Virus record (IMG/VR): IMGVR_UViG_3300030442_000019
Direction: 5' to 3' (one strand)
From: a virus
Length of the DNA: 54,054 nucleotides
Below the pieces are notes generated by a model. It was given only the letters and a program-made list of their open reading frames with translations, did no database searches and had not been told where the DNA came from. Shown piece after piece: positions 1 through 8,397 of this stretch (the stretch's first letter is position 1; each line of letters opens with the position of its first letter). The position numbers were made by a program, and so were the translations under genes.

Positions 1-99
1 ACTTTATTAATGGCCGGAATCAGAATCTTTGCATCTTTTTTCCAATCCATAAGTTGCGGTTTTTTCTTATCTCCCTTAAATCCGCAGTCGATAAACTCT
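1..99. repeat. Terminal overlap: bases 1-99 are identical to 53956-54054
   Basis: Found by direct comparison of the window ends. The repeat lies inside one continuous ORF, so it reads as the assembly overlap of a circular or circularly permuted genome. Confidence 0.9.
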
Positions 100-335
100 T
101 TCGCCGTCTTTAAAGCTTCTTCCCAGTCTTCCATTGGAAGATTATCAAAGTCTTCGTAGAATATAGCCAGAATCGTTGTGTATATCTCTAAGTTTTTCTC
201 TTCTTCGGACATTCCGGCTACTATATCGGGATCATTAATAGCACAAAGAATATCTAACACGGCTCTGTAATCTGAGCGTATTCGATATTCTTTGCCGTTT
301 ACGTTAACGGATTTCGGAAGTTTCCAGACATCCAT
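1..335 (-). CDS. Tail assembly chaperone, Phage_Gp15-like (5' part; continues in frame into 53700-53955; 196 aa in total)
   Basis: The ATG at 335 overlaps the upstream stop (TAATG). My own translation, MDVWKLPKSVNVNGKEYRIRSDYRAVLDIL..., has no stop down to base 1 and joins ORF 53700-54005. The gene lies between the major tail and tape measure genes. Confidence 0.75.
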   Translation of the reverse strand, partial: MDVWKLPKSVNVNGKEYRIRSDYRAVLDILCAINDPDIVAGMSEEEKNLEIYTTILAIFYEDFDNLPMEDWEEALKTAKEFIDCGFKGDKKKPQLMDWKKDAKILIPAINK

Positions 336-778
336 TAGTTATGGTACTTGGCCACGTACTTATTTACACGGCGCTGTACCTTTGTTACGTTTGTGTTCAA
401 TTTTGTTTCAATGACTTTTGCAACACTGTCAATTACAATTTCGAGGAAAATTCTTCCATCATCCATTGGAGAAAACGGTCCGAGAACCTGGAAAAACGCT
501 TTTTCTGCATCTCCATTAATCAGATAAGACATTTTCTCTGCAATTTCCTTTTCTGCTTTTCTGGCAGCTTCAATGCTGTCATCTTCCGGCATCTTGTAAT
601 TTTTCCAAAATCGAACGACTTCTTCGTATCTGTCAACAATGTTAGTGTCAGTCGGTGCGAACACTATACTTCCAAGAGTTTCACCAAACTGGTTTTTGAT
701 CGGAATTTTGACTCGGCCATCATTTATCTTAATAACCAGTTCGCTATCATTTCTTTTTTTTGGTAACTTGTTGCTCAT
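335..778 (-). CDS. Tail assembly chaperone-like protein (by position)
   Basis: 147-aa ORF directly downstream of the major tail gene and coupled to the Gp15-like gene. Confidence 0.6.
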   Translation of the reverse strand: MSNKLPKKRNDSELVIKINDGRVKIPIKNQFGETLGSIVFAPTDTNIVDRYEEVVRFWKNYKMPEDDSIEAARKAEKEIAEKMSYLINGDAEKAFFQVLGPFSPMDDGRIFLEIVIDSVAKVIETKLNTNVTKVQRRVNKYVAKYHN

Positions 779-802
779 ATTATTCCTCCTGTTAATAAAG
801 CG

Positions 803-1339
803 TTACAGTACTTCTTTTCCTGTAGAAAGACTATGTGGAATTGCTCCGGCTGTAAATTCTGGGTTTCCAGAAGCGAGCGAAGTGGCACTTACATATCCCT
901 CTGTTCTCTTACCGTCAGAAGATACTTTAAACGGAATGTTTACGCCAGATGTATCTCCACCATAAGACTGAGGTTTTACCATAACCTCTTCGACATATGC
1001 AAGGTGGTTTTCCGCACTTGTATCTTCCACAAGGACTTCCAACATAAGTGTTTTGCAGTCCGCTCCTTTCAATCGTTTCATTGCAATATCCCTAATCTTC
1101 GGATACAGCTTTTTGTCCGGGTTTGCATAGTATGTATCTGCATCCATAGACGGTTCATATCCATTATCTGTTGTTTTTGTCTGACCAAGAATGTTCTTCT
1201 TCGTCTCTGTATCCGGGTTCAGATCAACCGACATATCGTCAATGTCATCACCAAGAATTTCCCACGTAGCACTTGCTACTGCCTGTTTGAAACTATAGTC
1301 CAGATAATGTGCGAGTGCTTCTCTACTAAGATTTCCCAT
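803..1339 (-). CDS. Major tail protein
   Basis: 178-aa ORF after the head-tail joining genes and before the chaperones and tape measure. Preceded by an RBS and the conserved 5'UTR motif. Confidence 0.7.
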   Translation of the reverse strand: MGNLSREALAHYLDYSFKQAVASATWEILGDDIDDMSVDLNPDTETKKNILGQTKTTDNGYEPSMDADTYYANPDKKLYPKIRDIAMKRLKGADCKTLMLEVLVEDTSAENHLAYVEEVMVKPQSYGGDTSGVNIPFKVSSDGKRTEGYVSATSLASGNPEFTAGAIPHSLSTGKEVL

Positions 1340-1350
1340 ATTATAATCCT

Positions 1351-1405
1351 TTCTACCGTTAGCTTTTTACGGTCAGCGAACATCTCTAATTGATGTCCGG
1401 TTAAT
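1351..1405 (-). promoter_or_regulatory. Two-hairpin 5'UTR motif, copy A (upstream of the major tail gene)
   Basis: About 80 percent identical to 53651-53705. Stems ACCGT/ACGGT and GGACATC/GATGTTC, with conserved linkers AACCGG and CGCTG, followed by AGAAAGGA and the ATG. Confidence 0.6.
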
Positions 1406-1919
1406 TAGTTCTTATGAATACATTTCTGTATTTAAGAGACATACTAATCACCCAGTCTTGCACATTGTTTTCGTAAGTTTTGTCAAGGTATGATGGTGTG
1501 ATTCTTGTAATCTCTTCTATTTTTCGTTCTTCTGTAAGTGTTGGGTAAGATGTAAGCCTATGCTTTTCGCCATCAATCACGACTGTTTGTCGTTCCAGCC
1601 ATTTACCTACACTATCAAGAAATTCCTTGATATCCGCTTTCATATTCGGAGAATCACGGGATGTCCTGTACACGATATAAAATGGGTAGTTGCAAAGCTG
1701 ATTCACCTTGCCTGTTACCGATTTTTTCTCCTGTGCAATCACCGCACCGGATACCGGATAGAACGCCATTCCATCATCTTCTTTCAGAGTGGAGAATTTA
1801 AACACTTCTCCGGTTTCCAATCCAGGATACTTATTCAGCAAATCTTTAAGTGCATTTGTTACAATGTCGTATCCGTCAACATCGTATTTCACTGTTTTTT
1901 TACTATCCACCGCCTGCAC
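1401..1919 (-). CDS. Tail completion / minor capsid-like head-tail joining protein
   Basis: 172-aa ORF in the connector gene run. Confidence 0.5.
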   Translation of the reverse strand: MQAVDSKKTVKYDVDGYDIVTNALKDLLNKYPGLETGEVFKFSTLKEDDGMAFYPVSGAVIAQEKKSVTGKVNQLCNYPFYIVYRTSRDSPNMKADIKEFLDSVGKWLERQTVVIDGEKHRLTSYPTLTEERKIEEITRITPSYLDKTYENNVQDWVISMSLKYRNVFIRTN

Positions 1920-2361
1920 GTTTCTTCACTCCTTTTACCCATGTATCACCAAATTCATCTTTAGCAGCATCAAACCAATGGTCTGTTGCAAAAGGATTTG
2001 GCACTTTCGAAAACTGGATATCACGGTCTGTCACGATCTTTTTTGCTTTTGGTCTCGCCCACGGTGAACCTGTTTCCTGGTCTACCATGACTTTTCCCAT
2101 GTACAAAAATCTTGCGTAAGGGCCATATCCGGCATAAACCTTTCCACTACCTTTCAAGGCTTCGTTCTGCGTATTGGTTGTATCAATCAGCATCCCGTCT
2201 CTTTGTGGAATATACTTTTTTGTGCCTGTCCATACCTGTTCATCTAACCAAAGTTGAGCGTCTTGGAATTGCTTTTCGAATCGGTCAAGATTCACATTCA
2301 CTTTGATGTCAGCTTCAACTATCGAGACGTTCGGAAAATGGAACATTCTACTACGTGCCAT
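1903..2361 (-). CDS. Head-tail joining protein (HK97 gp10-like by position)
   Basis: 152-aa ORF that overlaps its neighbours within the connector run. Confidence 0.5.
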   Translation of the reverse strand: MARSRMFHFPNVSIVEADIKVNVNLDRFEKQFQDAQLWLDEQVWTGTKKYIPQRDGMLIDTTNTQNEALKGSGKVYAGYGPYARFLYMGKVMVDQETGSPWARPKAKKIVTDRDIQFSKVPNPFATDHWFDAAKDEFGDTWVKGVKKRAGGG

Positions 2362-2823
2362 TTACTTTCCCCCTATCTCAAAATGCGGGATAAGTGTGTA
2401 TGTTCCGACATTGGTGATTAAGAATACATTGTCGTGATTTTTATTCATGTAATCATAAAAACCACCGTCTCTCCGGCTCTGATAGTCTTCATCCGATATC
2501 AGTCTTTCGTCATATTCGCCCTCAATGAAAAAGTCACTGCTTGCAAATGTGATGGTATGTCCAAGCGTATCGTTAATTTGTTTCGCCCATTTTTTAGGCT
2601 CAAGATACTTTTTGCCAGATACTACTTTTTCAGCGGATACCATGCGATACAGAACATGGAGCGTTGCCGTGTCAGCCGTATCAAGTCCTGTCTTTTCGAT
2701 GTTTGCGGATTTATCAACAATGAGTTGAACACCTTTAATTACGGTCGGATACCAAAATATTTCATCCTTTTGATTCACATATTTGTTGAATACAGTTATA
2801 GTTTTGTCATACATTGGTATCAC
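2362..2823 (-). CDS. Head closure / head-tail adaptor-like protein
   Basis: 153-aa ORF, contiguous with the next gene. Confidence 0.45.
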   Translation of the reverse strand: MIPMYDKTITVFNKYVNQKDEIFWYPTVIKGVQLIVDKSANIEKTGLDTADTATLHVLYRMVSAEKVVSGKKYLEPKKWAKQINDTLGHTITFASSDFFIEGEYDERLISDEDYQSRRDGGFYDYMNKNHDNVFLITNVGTYTLIPHFEIGGK

Positions 2824-2829
2824 CTCTCG

Positions 2830-2967
2830 TTAATAAAACTTCTTACCGCATTTTTCACACTTCCATATGTGCCTTGTTTCTTTTATCCCGTTTCCGATAT
2901 CTTCCAGATACGTTCCGGCATGGATTTTCTTTTTGTGTTTGCAAAATAATCTTTTAATAATTCTCAT
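2830..2967 (-). CDS. Small Cys-containing protein (45 aa)
   Basis: My own translation is MRIIKRLFCKHKKKIHAGTYLEDIGNGIKETRHIWKCEKCGKKFY. It fills the gap between two connector genes. Confidence 0.45.
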   Translation of the reverse strand: MRIIKRLFCKHKKKIHAGTYLEDIGNGIKETRHIWKCEKCGKKFY

Positions 2968-2970
2968 TGT

Positions 2971-3441
2971 TCAAATCCCTCTATATAGCAAGTACACTCC
3001 GTTATCATCGGTAACGTTAAAAAGATAGCTAACCGCTGCTTCAAGAAGTATTCTTTTCTCTTCTTGCACATTGGTAGCTGCTACGGTATACCGATTGCTC
3101 TGGCTGTTCCCGTTAGCGTAAGATATGCTTTCATTTCCAGAAGAAACAGAAGAGACGGTCTTATTTACGACCGTCCCATCTTCTCTCTGTATGGTTCCTA
3201 TGGCATCCATAGAAGCTTTTTTAGATTGATCTATCTTATACATTTCATCAGCTACTGCACATACAGCTTTTTGAACTTTTGTTTCTGCTCGCTCATTTTC
3301 TGGAAGCCCATCAACAAGGCGATCCATAGTGTAGTTGTCTATGCAGTCACTAGCACGTTCAGCATATTCACGAAATTCGCTTTCTGGAATTGTTTTCCCG
3401 AAAAATTTTTTTGTATAAAACTTATAATCTGTGTACGTCAT
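2971..3441 (-). CDS. Head-tail connector (gp6-like) protein
   Basis: 156-aa ORF downstream of the capsid gene. The N-terminus, YTDYKFY..IPESEF..YAERASDCID, is typical of connector proteins. Confidence 0.55.
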   Translation of the reverse strand: MTYTDYKFYTKKFFGKTIPESEFREYAERASDCIDNYTMDRLVDGLPENERAETKVQKAVCAVADEMYKIDQSKKASMDAIGTIQREDGTVVNKTVSSVSSGNESISYANGNSQSNRYTVAATNVQEEKRILLEAAVSYLFNVTDDNGVYLLYRGI

Positions 3442-3460
3442 AGTGTTTCACCTAATTTTC

Positions 3461-3604
3461 CTACTTTCTTGGATTCGATCTCGTCTTTGGCTTTACGTCA
3501 CTGACTTCTTTATATTTTTGTGGATTGTTTTCCATCAACTGAGCACTCGTTTCATGATCAGTTGATAAGATTCTTCCTGTTTCCAAGTCTTCAAACCGTC
3601 TCAT
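3461..3604 (-). CDS. Small hypothetical protein (47 aa)
   Basis: My own translation starts MRRFEDLETGRILSTDHETSAQLMENNPQKYKEV.... It begins 3 nt after the capsid stop. Confidence 0.4.
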   Translation of the reverse strand: MRRFEDLETGRILSTDHETSAQLMENNPQKYKEVSDVKPKTRSNPRK

Positions 3605-3606
3605 GC

Positions 3607-4458
3607 TTACTCACCTTTCTTGTTCTTGAAGATAAGGTCTGGCATTACAGATTTTGTTCCGTAATGGTAAAAGAGTTCGATGCCATATGCTTCTGAAAGA
3701 GGAATCTTCTCAGCACTGTATGGTGTGGATTTAACAGGCTGTGCGATAGCTCCATCCACCATCACGATCACATCAACGTCTGTCGGCATGTGCACGCATG
3801 AGAATGTTTTTACGCCATGATAAGCGTAGAACTCTTCGTCAGCCACGCCAACACCCGGAACTGTAACCTTGTCCAGATATGTGCGGATTTTTCCGTAGAA
3901 TTTTGGCGTACAGATCATGTTCATCATAGAACGTGGTACTCCGTCCACATATTCATTCTTGGTGGTTTCGCACTGCTGAATCATGGTTTCAGCCTGTTCC
4001 TCAATAGCTGTAATGCCTGTCAGATCAACTTCTGTCGCATCTGTTCCGGCAACTTTGAAGAACTCAGTGTCGAGTTCTGCGATCATTCTAAGTGCATGGT
4101 TTGCTGTTCTTTTTGCGATAAGTCCCTCTACTCCGAGAAGAGATACGTCTTTCTGTTCAACCTCTTCTACGATTTCCTTATCTACATCAATCGGAATCGT
4201 AACCGGCTTTCCTTTTACTCCATCACCTTTAGCTGCACCTCTGGCTGTTCCGTAATTCTTAGATGTCGCATTTGCGAATCGTTTTGCTTCTACGGTTCCG
4301 GCTGACGGATCACCGGAAAGTTCGGTATTCTTCATTTTTCCAGAAATAGTGTTCTTCTGGACGTTTTCAATGACCTTTCCGTACTCTTCTGCAAGAAGCA
4401 TTTTTCCGGTTGGGTCAAGTAACATGTTTAATGATGTAATTCTTGTTGTTTCTGCCAT
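3607..4458 (-). CDS. Major capsid protein
   Basis: 283-aa ORF immediately after the GP20-like scaffold gene, with a strong RBS. Confidence 0.8.
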   Translation of the reverse strand: MAETTRITSLNMLLDPTGKMLLAEEYGKVIENVQKNTISGKMKNTELSGDPSAGTVEAKRFANATSKNYGTARGAAKGDGVKGKPVTIPIDVDKEIVEEVEQKDVSLLGVEGLIAKRTANHALRMIAELDTEFFKVAGTDATEVDLTGITAIEEQAETMIQQCETTKNEYVDGVPRSMMNMICTPKFYGKIRTYLDKVTVPGVGVADEEFYAYHGVKTFSCVHMPTDVDVIVMVDGAIAQPVKSTPYSAEKIPLSEAYGIELFYHYGTKSVMPDLIFKNKKGE

Positions 4459-4465
4459 TTTTGTT

Positions 4466-4516
4466 CTCCTTTAATTCTTTAAGGTCAACGACTATCCTCT
4501 ATCGATAGCCGGTTCA
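4466..4516 (-). promoter_or_regulatory. Two-hairpin 5'UTR motif, copy C (upstream of the major capsid gene)
   Basis: Same architecture as copies A and B, with different stem sequences (CCTT/AAGG and CTATC/GATAG). The 9-nt and 7-nt loops and the linkers GGTCARCG and CCGGTT are conserved. Confidence 0.5.
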
Positions 4517-4526
4517 CAATATGGTT

Positions 4527-5135
4527 TTACCAAACAGTTCCAGGAACAAACGGCTCTGCTTTCTGTTCACTTCCACCTTTTTCTGTAGGTGTTGTGAATA
4601 CCGGTGGTGTCTTACCATCCGTCACGAAAGCATCTTTCTGAGATTCTTTCAGCTCTTTCATGTAATCATCAAGACCGAGAATCTTTTCACCCTCACGTTT
4701 CAGACCCTTGTCTTTAATCATGTTGATGATTCCTGTTTTTGCAAAATCAGAACTGAATTTCTCGCCCGCAAGAGCCTTTGTCAGAACGTCATTGAAGTCT
4801 CTTTCTTCAATCTTCTGGTTGTACTCTTTTTCACTGGCATCAAGCTTGTCTTTCCATTCTTTTTCTGCGTTCTCGGCTTTCGTCTTCCACTCATCACGTT
4901 CTCTTGTGATCGCATCGAAGTCTTTTCCTTCGAACCCGTCCAAAGTCTCTTTCGCTGTTTCATACTGTGTTTTAAAGTTGTCACGTTCCTGTGTCAGAGT
5001 TTCTACTTTTCGTGTCTGCTTATCATAGTCAGATACGCTTTTGTAATTCTCTTTCACTGCATCTTCGATTGTCTTTTTCTGCTCATCTGTAATTTCAAGA
5101 CCAGCATCCTTGATAATCTGAATAATATTTTTCAT
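4527..5135 (-). CDS. Scaffolding protein (Phage_GP20-like)
   Basis: Charged coiled-coil ORF. The start is refined to MKNIIQII, which has the RBS GAGGAGG. It lies upstream of the capsid gene. Confidence 0.75.
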   Translation of the reverse strand: MKNIIQIIKDAGLEITDEQKKTIEDAVKENYKSVSDYDKQTRKVETLTQERDNFKTQYETAKETLDGFEGKDFDAITRERDEWKTKAENAEKEWKDKLDASEKEYNQKIEERDFNDVLTKALAGEKFSSDFAKTGIINMIKDKGLKREGEKILGLDDYMKELKESQKDAFVTDGKTPPVFTTPTEKGGSEQKAEPFVPGTVW

Positions 5136-5216
5136 GTTGCATATCCTCCTCAACGTCTCTTATTAACCGCTTCGTCTGCGGTAGGGATTCAGGCAGATGA
5201 ACCTCTGCCGGGGTAA

Positions 5217-5309
5217 TCGGGATACACGGAATCGAACCGTGGACATAAGTCTTTTTTTTCAAAGAGATGATGGATTGTGACTTTTGTTCTACCATTGAAC
5301 TATATCCCG
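5217..5309 (-). tRNA. tRNA-like element with an expanded (27-nt) anticodon loop; possible pseudo-tRNA or atypical tRNA
   Basis: Acceptor stem CGGGATA/TATCCCG, D arm GTTC-AATGGTA-GAAC and T arm CACGG-TTCGATT-CCGTG. The anticodon stem AAGTC/GACTT encloses 27 nt instead of 7. Confidence 0.5.
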
Positions 5310-5689
5310 TTAGTGGTTGGTGTAAGTGTTCCCTCTATACAGTTCCAACCACTGTTACGGCTATTTGACGGTCAATCTGCATATTGTTCCGTAACTAACT
5401 CTATACAGAAAAAGGATAGCCGGAAATGAATCCATGCACCATACTGTGCACTATCCTTTGCGGAATGAAAATTTATCATATTATATCTTTAGGAGGTAAC
5501 ATAAGATGACGATTCCCCAAGTCCGCAACCTTAGGGGAAAGCCTAACGGGCGTTTGACCGCCCTTTAATCAGCATTCCGCTATTAGGCTTTATTGAAAGG
5601 AGGTGTATCAAGCAAGAAAAGAAAATGTCCTATGTGATTCACCGTATATATCGTAACATTAATATATATAGTACTCCGTACCCATGTTT

Positions 5690-6112
5690 TTACATTTCCG
5701 CAAGCTTCTTGATTTGCCTTTGAATCTCTTTCCGTTCTTCTGCAAAATCTGAATCCATCACCATAGAGGAAAGCATGTCGTACACTTCTACCATAAGTTT
5801 CCCGACACTTTCCATCAGTTTGTCTCTGTGTGCTTGATCTCCGTTCTGCTGATACATCTCTTTCGCCATAATGTACTGGTCGTATAGCGCATCAATGTTT
5901 TTATCGTACTTTCCGTTACTGTATTTCTTGATAAGGTTTTCCGATGCATCCGCAATCATCCCCGGTACGCTTTCGCATTCCAAAGATTTCATATTACACA
6001 ATGTAGATGTAATCATGTACATTGCCTGTAAGTTAGACATATTTAAGTCTTTCTTTGCAGATGCTTTCTCGCGTTCAAGCTGTTCTTCCAAAATCTTTTT
6101 GATCTCGCTCAT
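5690..6112 (-). CDS. Hypothetical helical protein
   Basis: 140-aa ORF with an RBS. It is the last gene of the accessory island. Confidence 0.65.
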   Translation of the reverse strand: MSEIKKILEEQLEREKASAKKDLNMSNLQAMYMITSTLCNMKSLECESVPGMIADASENLIKKYSNGKYDKNIDALYDQYIMAKEMYQQNGDQAHRDKLMESVGKLMVEVYDMLSSMVMDSDFAEERKEIQRQIKKLAEM

Positions 6113-6115
6113 TTA

Positions 6116-6706
6116 TTACACCTCGATTCCTTTCATTTTCTTTTTGTATTTGTCGTGAATCTCCGATTGAATTTCTGTGATGTATACCATGTCGTATCCG
6201 GTAGATATGAGGTCGTTAATCATACATTCTACAGTTTTTAATTCTTCGCTTACATCCTCTACCAAGCATTCCACGAACATAGCATCAGCCACATGACCGT
6301 TTTCTCTTAGCGTGTGTGCGTACTGTTCGTACGCTTCCTTTGTTTCAGATTCCCAATTGTGGTACTCAACAAATCCATCTTCTACGGCTTTCTGCTTTGT
6401 GCTTTTCCCAACGCTTAACCGTTTGGCCGTTCGCCACGCATCCGGGATAACATTCACTTTTCCTTCAAATGCATCATCAATAAGCTGATTGTGATGGCTT
6501 ATAAAATATCTGCACACTTTCCTACGTTCCAAACTTTCCGCAAGGTGCTGGTACTCATGCATCCGATTAAAGCCTTTTAAGCCAAGGAAATCGAAGTAGT
6601 CCGCAAACTGTCCGTGCATCATGACTGCTCCAATAAACCGTTCATTGATTTCGGCAAAGATTTCTTTCGGAGTTTTGACATCTAGGTTGCTTTTAAAATC
6701 AATCAT
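6116..6706 (-). CDS. Ferritin-like / four-helix-bundle protein (tentative)
   Basis: 196-aa ORF. The segment HGQFADYFDFLGLKGFNRMHEYQHLAESLERRK resembles ferritin-like di-iron helices. Confidence 0.4.
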   Translation of the reverse strand: MIDFKSNLDVKTPKEIFAEINERFIGAVMMHGQFADYFDFLGLKGFNRMHEYQHLAESLERRKVCRYFISHHNQLIDDAFEGKVNVIPDAWRTAKRLSVGKSTKQKAVEDGFVEYHNWESETKEAYEQYAHTLRENGHVADAMFVECLVEDVSEELKTVECMINDLISTGYDMVYITEIQSEIHDKYKKKMKGIEV

Positions 6707-6723
6707 AGAAACTCACCCCTTTT

Positions 6724-7152
6724 CTATGAGAGCTTTTTGATGATGATATTCGCATCCTTAACCAATGTGTCAACTGTGCCAACGTTGCCAACCGATATAG
6801 TGACGCTACTTCCGGCCGGAACTGCAATCAATGTAGCTGCACCGACATTCTGATACACATTTGCCGTTGCTACTGTATAGTCCATTTCCGTACCAGAAAC
6901 CGGTTCCCCGTTCTGTTTGATAGATAACGCTACCGCTCCTATTGCAGATGCCGTAACGTTTCCGTTAAACTCAATTTCGACTGCCATCGGCAGATTTCCA
7001 CGGTTTGTGATTTCAAAAAGTCCACTGCCGTTGTCATGTGCAAGCCACCCTGTGTTACAAGCACATCTACGGCTTTTCACTCTTGTTTCCGTAAATAATA
7101 CATTCTGATTTGTTGCTACTGTCTGAGCATTTTTAGCAATAGAATTTAACAT
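6724..7152 (-). CDS. C1q/TNF-like (BclA C-terminal-like) beta-sandwich protein (tentative)
   Basis: The start is refined to MLNSIAKNAQ, which has the RBS AAAGGAGA. The alternating beta pattern ends in ANIIIKKLS. Confidence 0.35.
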   Translation of the reverse strand: MLNSIAKNAQTVATNQNVLFTETRVKSRRCACNTGWLAHDNGSGLFEITNRGNLPMAVEIEFNGNVTASAIGAVALSIKQNGEPVSGTEMDYTVATANVYQNVGAATLIAVPAGSSVTISVGNVGTVDTLVKDANIIIKKLS

Positions 7153-7214
7153 ATTTTTTCTCCTTTCTAAAAAAGAGAGCAAGCGCATGCCTACTCTCTT
7201 TTATGTTCGCAAGA

Positions 7215-7421
7215 CTACTTTTTCGTAGATATGGATTCTTCCAACATGCTTATGATTTTGTTTTGGTTTTCAATTATTTTTAAAAAATACTTACTGTCTT
7301 GCTCATGCAAGTGTTTTTCGATGTCAGAATTGCTCGCCTGTGATAGATCACTGTTAAAATTCGCTATCTGTAAAGCAACTCCGTACACTGTCAGAAAGTC
7401 AAGTAGTGATATATCGTTCAC
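7215..7421 (-). CDS. Small hypothetical protein
   Basis: 68-aa ORF with a GTG start directly after the upstream stop. Confidence 0.45.
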   Translation of the reverse strand: MNDISLLDFLTVYGVALQIANFNSDLSQASNSDIEKHLHEQDSKYFLKIIENQNKIISMLEESISTKK

Positions 7422-8090
7422 TTACATCACATTCCCACTTGCACAGCAACCATTACCAAATGCGTTATACGCAAAGTATGGACTGCAAGACATATAAGCC
7501 GGTTTTGGTGTCGGTCTCACTGCATCAATAATGTTATTGGTCTGTGATACCTGTGAAATCTGCCAATATGCTGTCTGCAAATCTCTGTCACGATCAGCAA
7601 GCTTGTCTCTCAAGTTCTGAATCGTGTTATCCTGGATTAACTGGCGTGTAGCCTGTCCATCTGCTAAGATGCTTTCTTTTATATCACAGCAACACTGTGC
7701 CATCTGTGCCTGCATGTTCTGTGCCTGTAATGCTGCATCATATCTACTCTGTAAGATCTCTTTCTGTGTGTTGCAGCAACACTGAGACTGCTGAGCCTGT
7801 AAGTTCTGCAAGCCGAGCTGTGTGTTATAGCGGTTCTCTAATACGTCTCTCTGTGTCTCGCAAGCTGTGTTAGACACATTCTGATTTGTATTAAAGATAT
7901 CTCTTTTCACGAATTCGTCAGAGACAAAAGCGTCCTGTGCTCCGTTGTTGTTTCCCCATCCGTTACCGCAAAACAGGAAAGCAAGAATGATGATCCAGAA
8001 CCATCCACCGTCACCCCACATATTTCCATCGTTGTTTCTTGTGACTGCTGCTACATCGGCAGCACTAAGTGTGTTTAATCCCTCGTTCAT
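7422..8090 (-). CDS. Membrane-anchored Gln/Asn-rich protein with internal repeats carrying CCC triplets
   Basis: 222-aa ORF. It has a hydrophobic segment GGWFWIIILAFLFCGNGWG and about three 30-aa repeats, two of which end in QCCC. Confidence 0.65.
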   Translation of the reverse strand: MNEGLNTLSAADVAAVTRNNDGNMWGDGGWFWIIILAFLFCGNGWGNNNGAQDAFVSDEFVKRDIFNTNQNVSNTACETQRDVLENRYNTQLGLQNLQAQQSQCCCNTQKEILQSRYDAALQAQNMQAQMAQCCCDIKESILADGQATRQLIQDNTIQNLRDKLADRDRDLQTAYWQISQVSQTNNIIDAVRPTPKPAYMSCSPYFAYNAFGNGCCASGNVM

Positions 8091-8142
8091 GTTGGTTCTC
8101 CTTTTCTTTTATTTATCAAGACGTGTGCACTCCGTCCGGATA

Positions 8143-8397
8143 TCACTTTATTTTATTAATAATATCGTTTGGATTCATGCCATTTTGCTGGCACATCTCC
8201 ATAAATACATCTTTCGGGTTTCTTCCTTGGCACATATCCATAGCCTTTTTGATGTTCGGGTTGCTCTGCGCCATATTCTGCAACATTGCTCCGGGATTCT
8301 GTGTATTTTGCATCATCCCCATCATTCTTTGAATCATTCCGAATGGACCGTTGCCACCCGGCATACCGCCCATCATTCCCATTAACGGATTACTCAT
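8143..8397 (-). CDS. Low-complexity Met/Gly/Asn/Gln-rich small protein
   Basis: 84-aa ORF with RBS GGGAG. It overlaps the upstream gene by 8 nt. Confidence 0.55.
   Translation of the reverse strand: MSNPLMGMMGGMPGGNGPFGMIQRMMGMMQNTQNPGAMLQNMAQSNPNIKKAMDMCQGRNPKDVFMEMCQQNGMNPNDIINKIK

Noticed and set aside
1-99. The terminal 99-bp repeat was considered as biological direct terminal repeats.
   Set aside because: The repeat interrupts a single ORF in frame, which is typical of the overlap left when a circular or circularly permuted assembly is linearised.
335-778. A programmed -1 frameshift between the two tail chaperone ORFs was considered.
   Set aside because: The two ORFs are joined by a simple TAATG stop/start overlap and the second has its own ATG. 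I found no slippery heptamer.
4521-5216. Long plus-strand ORFs lie antisense to minus-strand genes. Examples are 4521-5216, 23951-24631, 24232-24840, 37317-37832, 32937-33488 and 52054-52521.
   Set aside because: They are Phe/Leu/Ser/Cys-rich shadow frames without RBS, and they fully overlap well-supported minus-strand genes.
5095-5295. A 66-aa minus-strand ORF overlaps the tRNA-like element.
   Set aside because: It has no RBS and it spans the scaffold gene start and the cloverleaf. The RNA interpretation is better supported.
5217-5309. A functional intron-containing tRNA with an assignable anticodon was considered.
   Set aside because: Removing 20 nt at the canonical 37/38 site does not yield a U33/purine-37 loop. 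The only canonical-looking heptamer (CTTTGAA, anticodon UUG) has no flanking stem. It is therefore reported only as tRNA-like.
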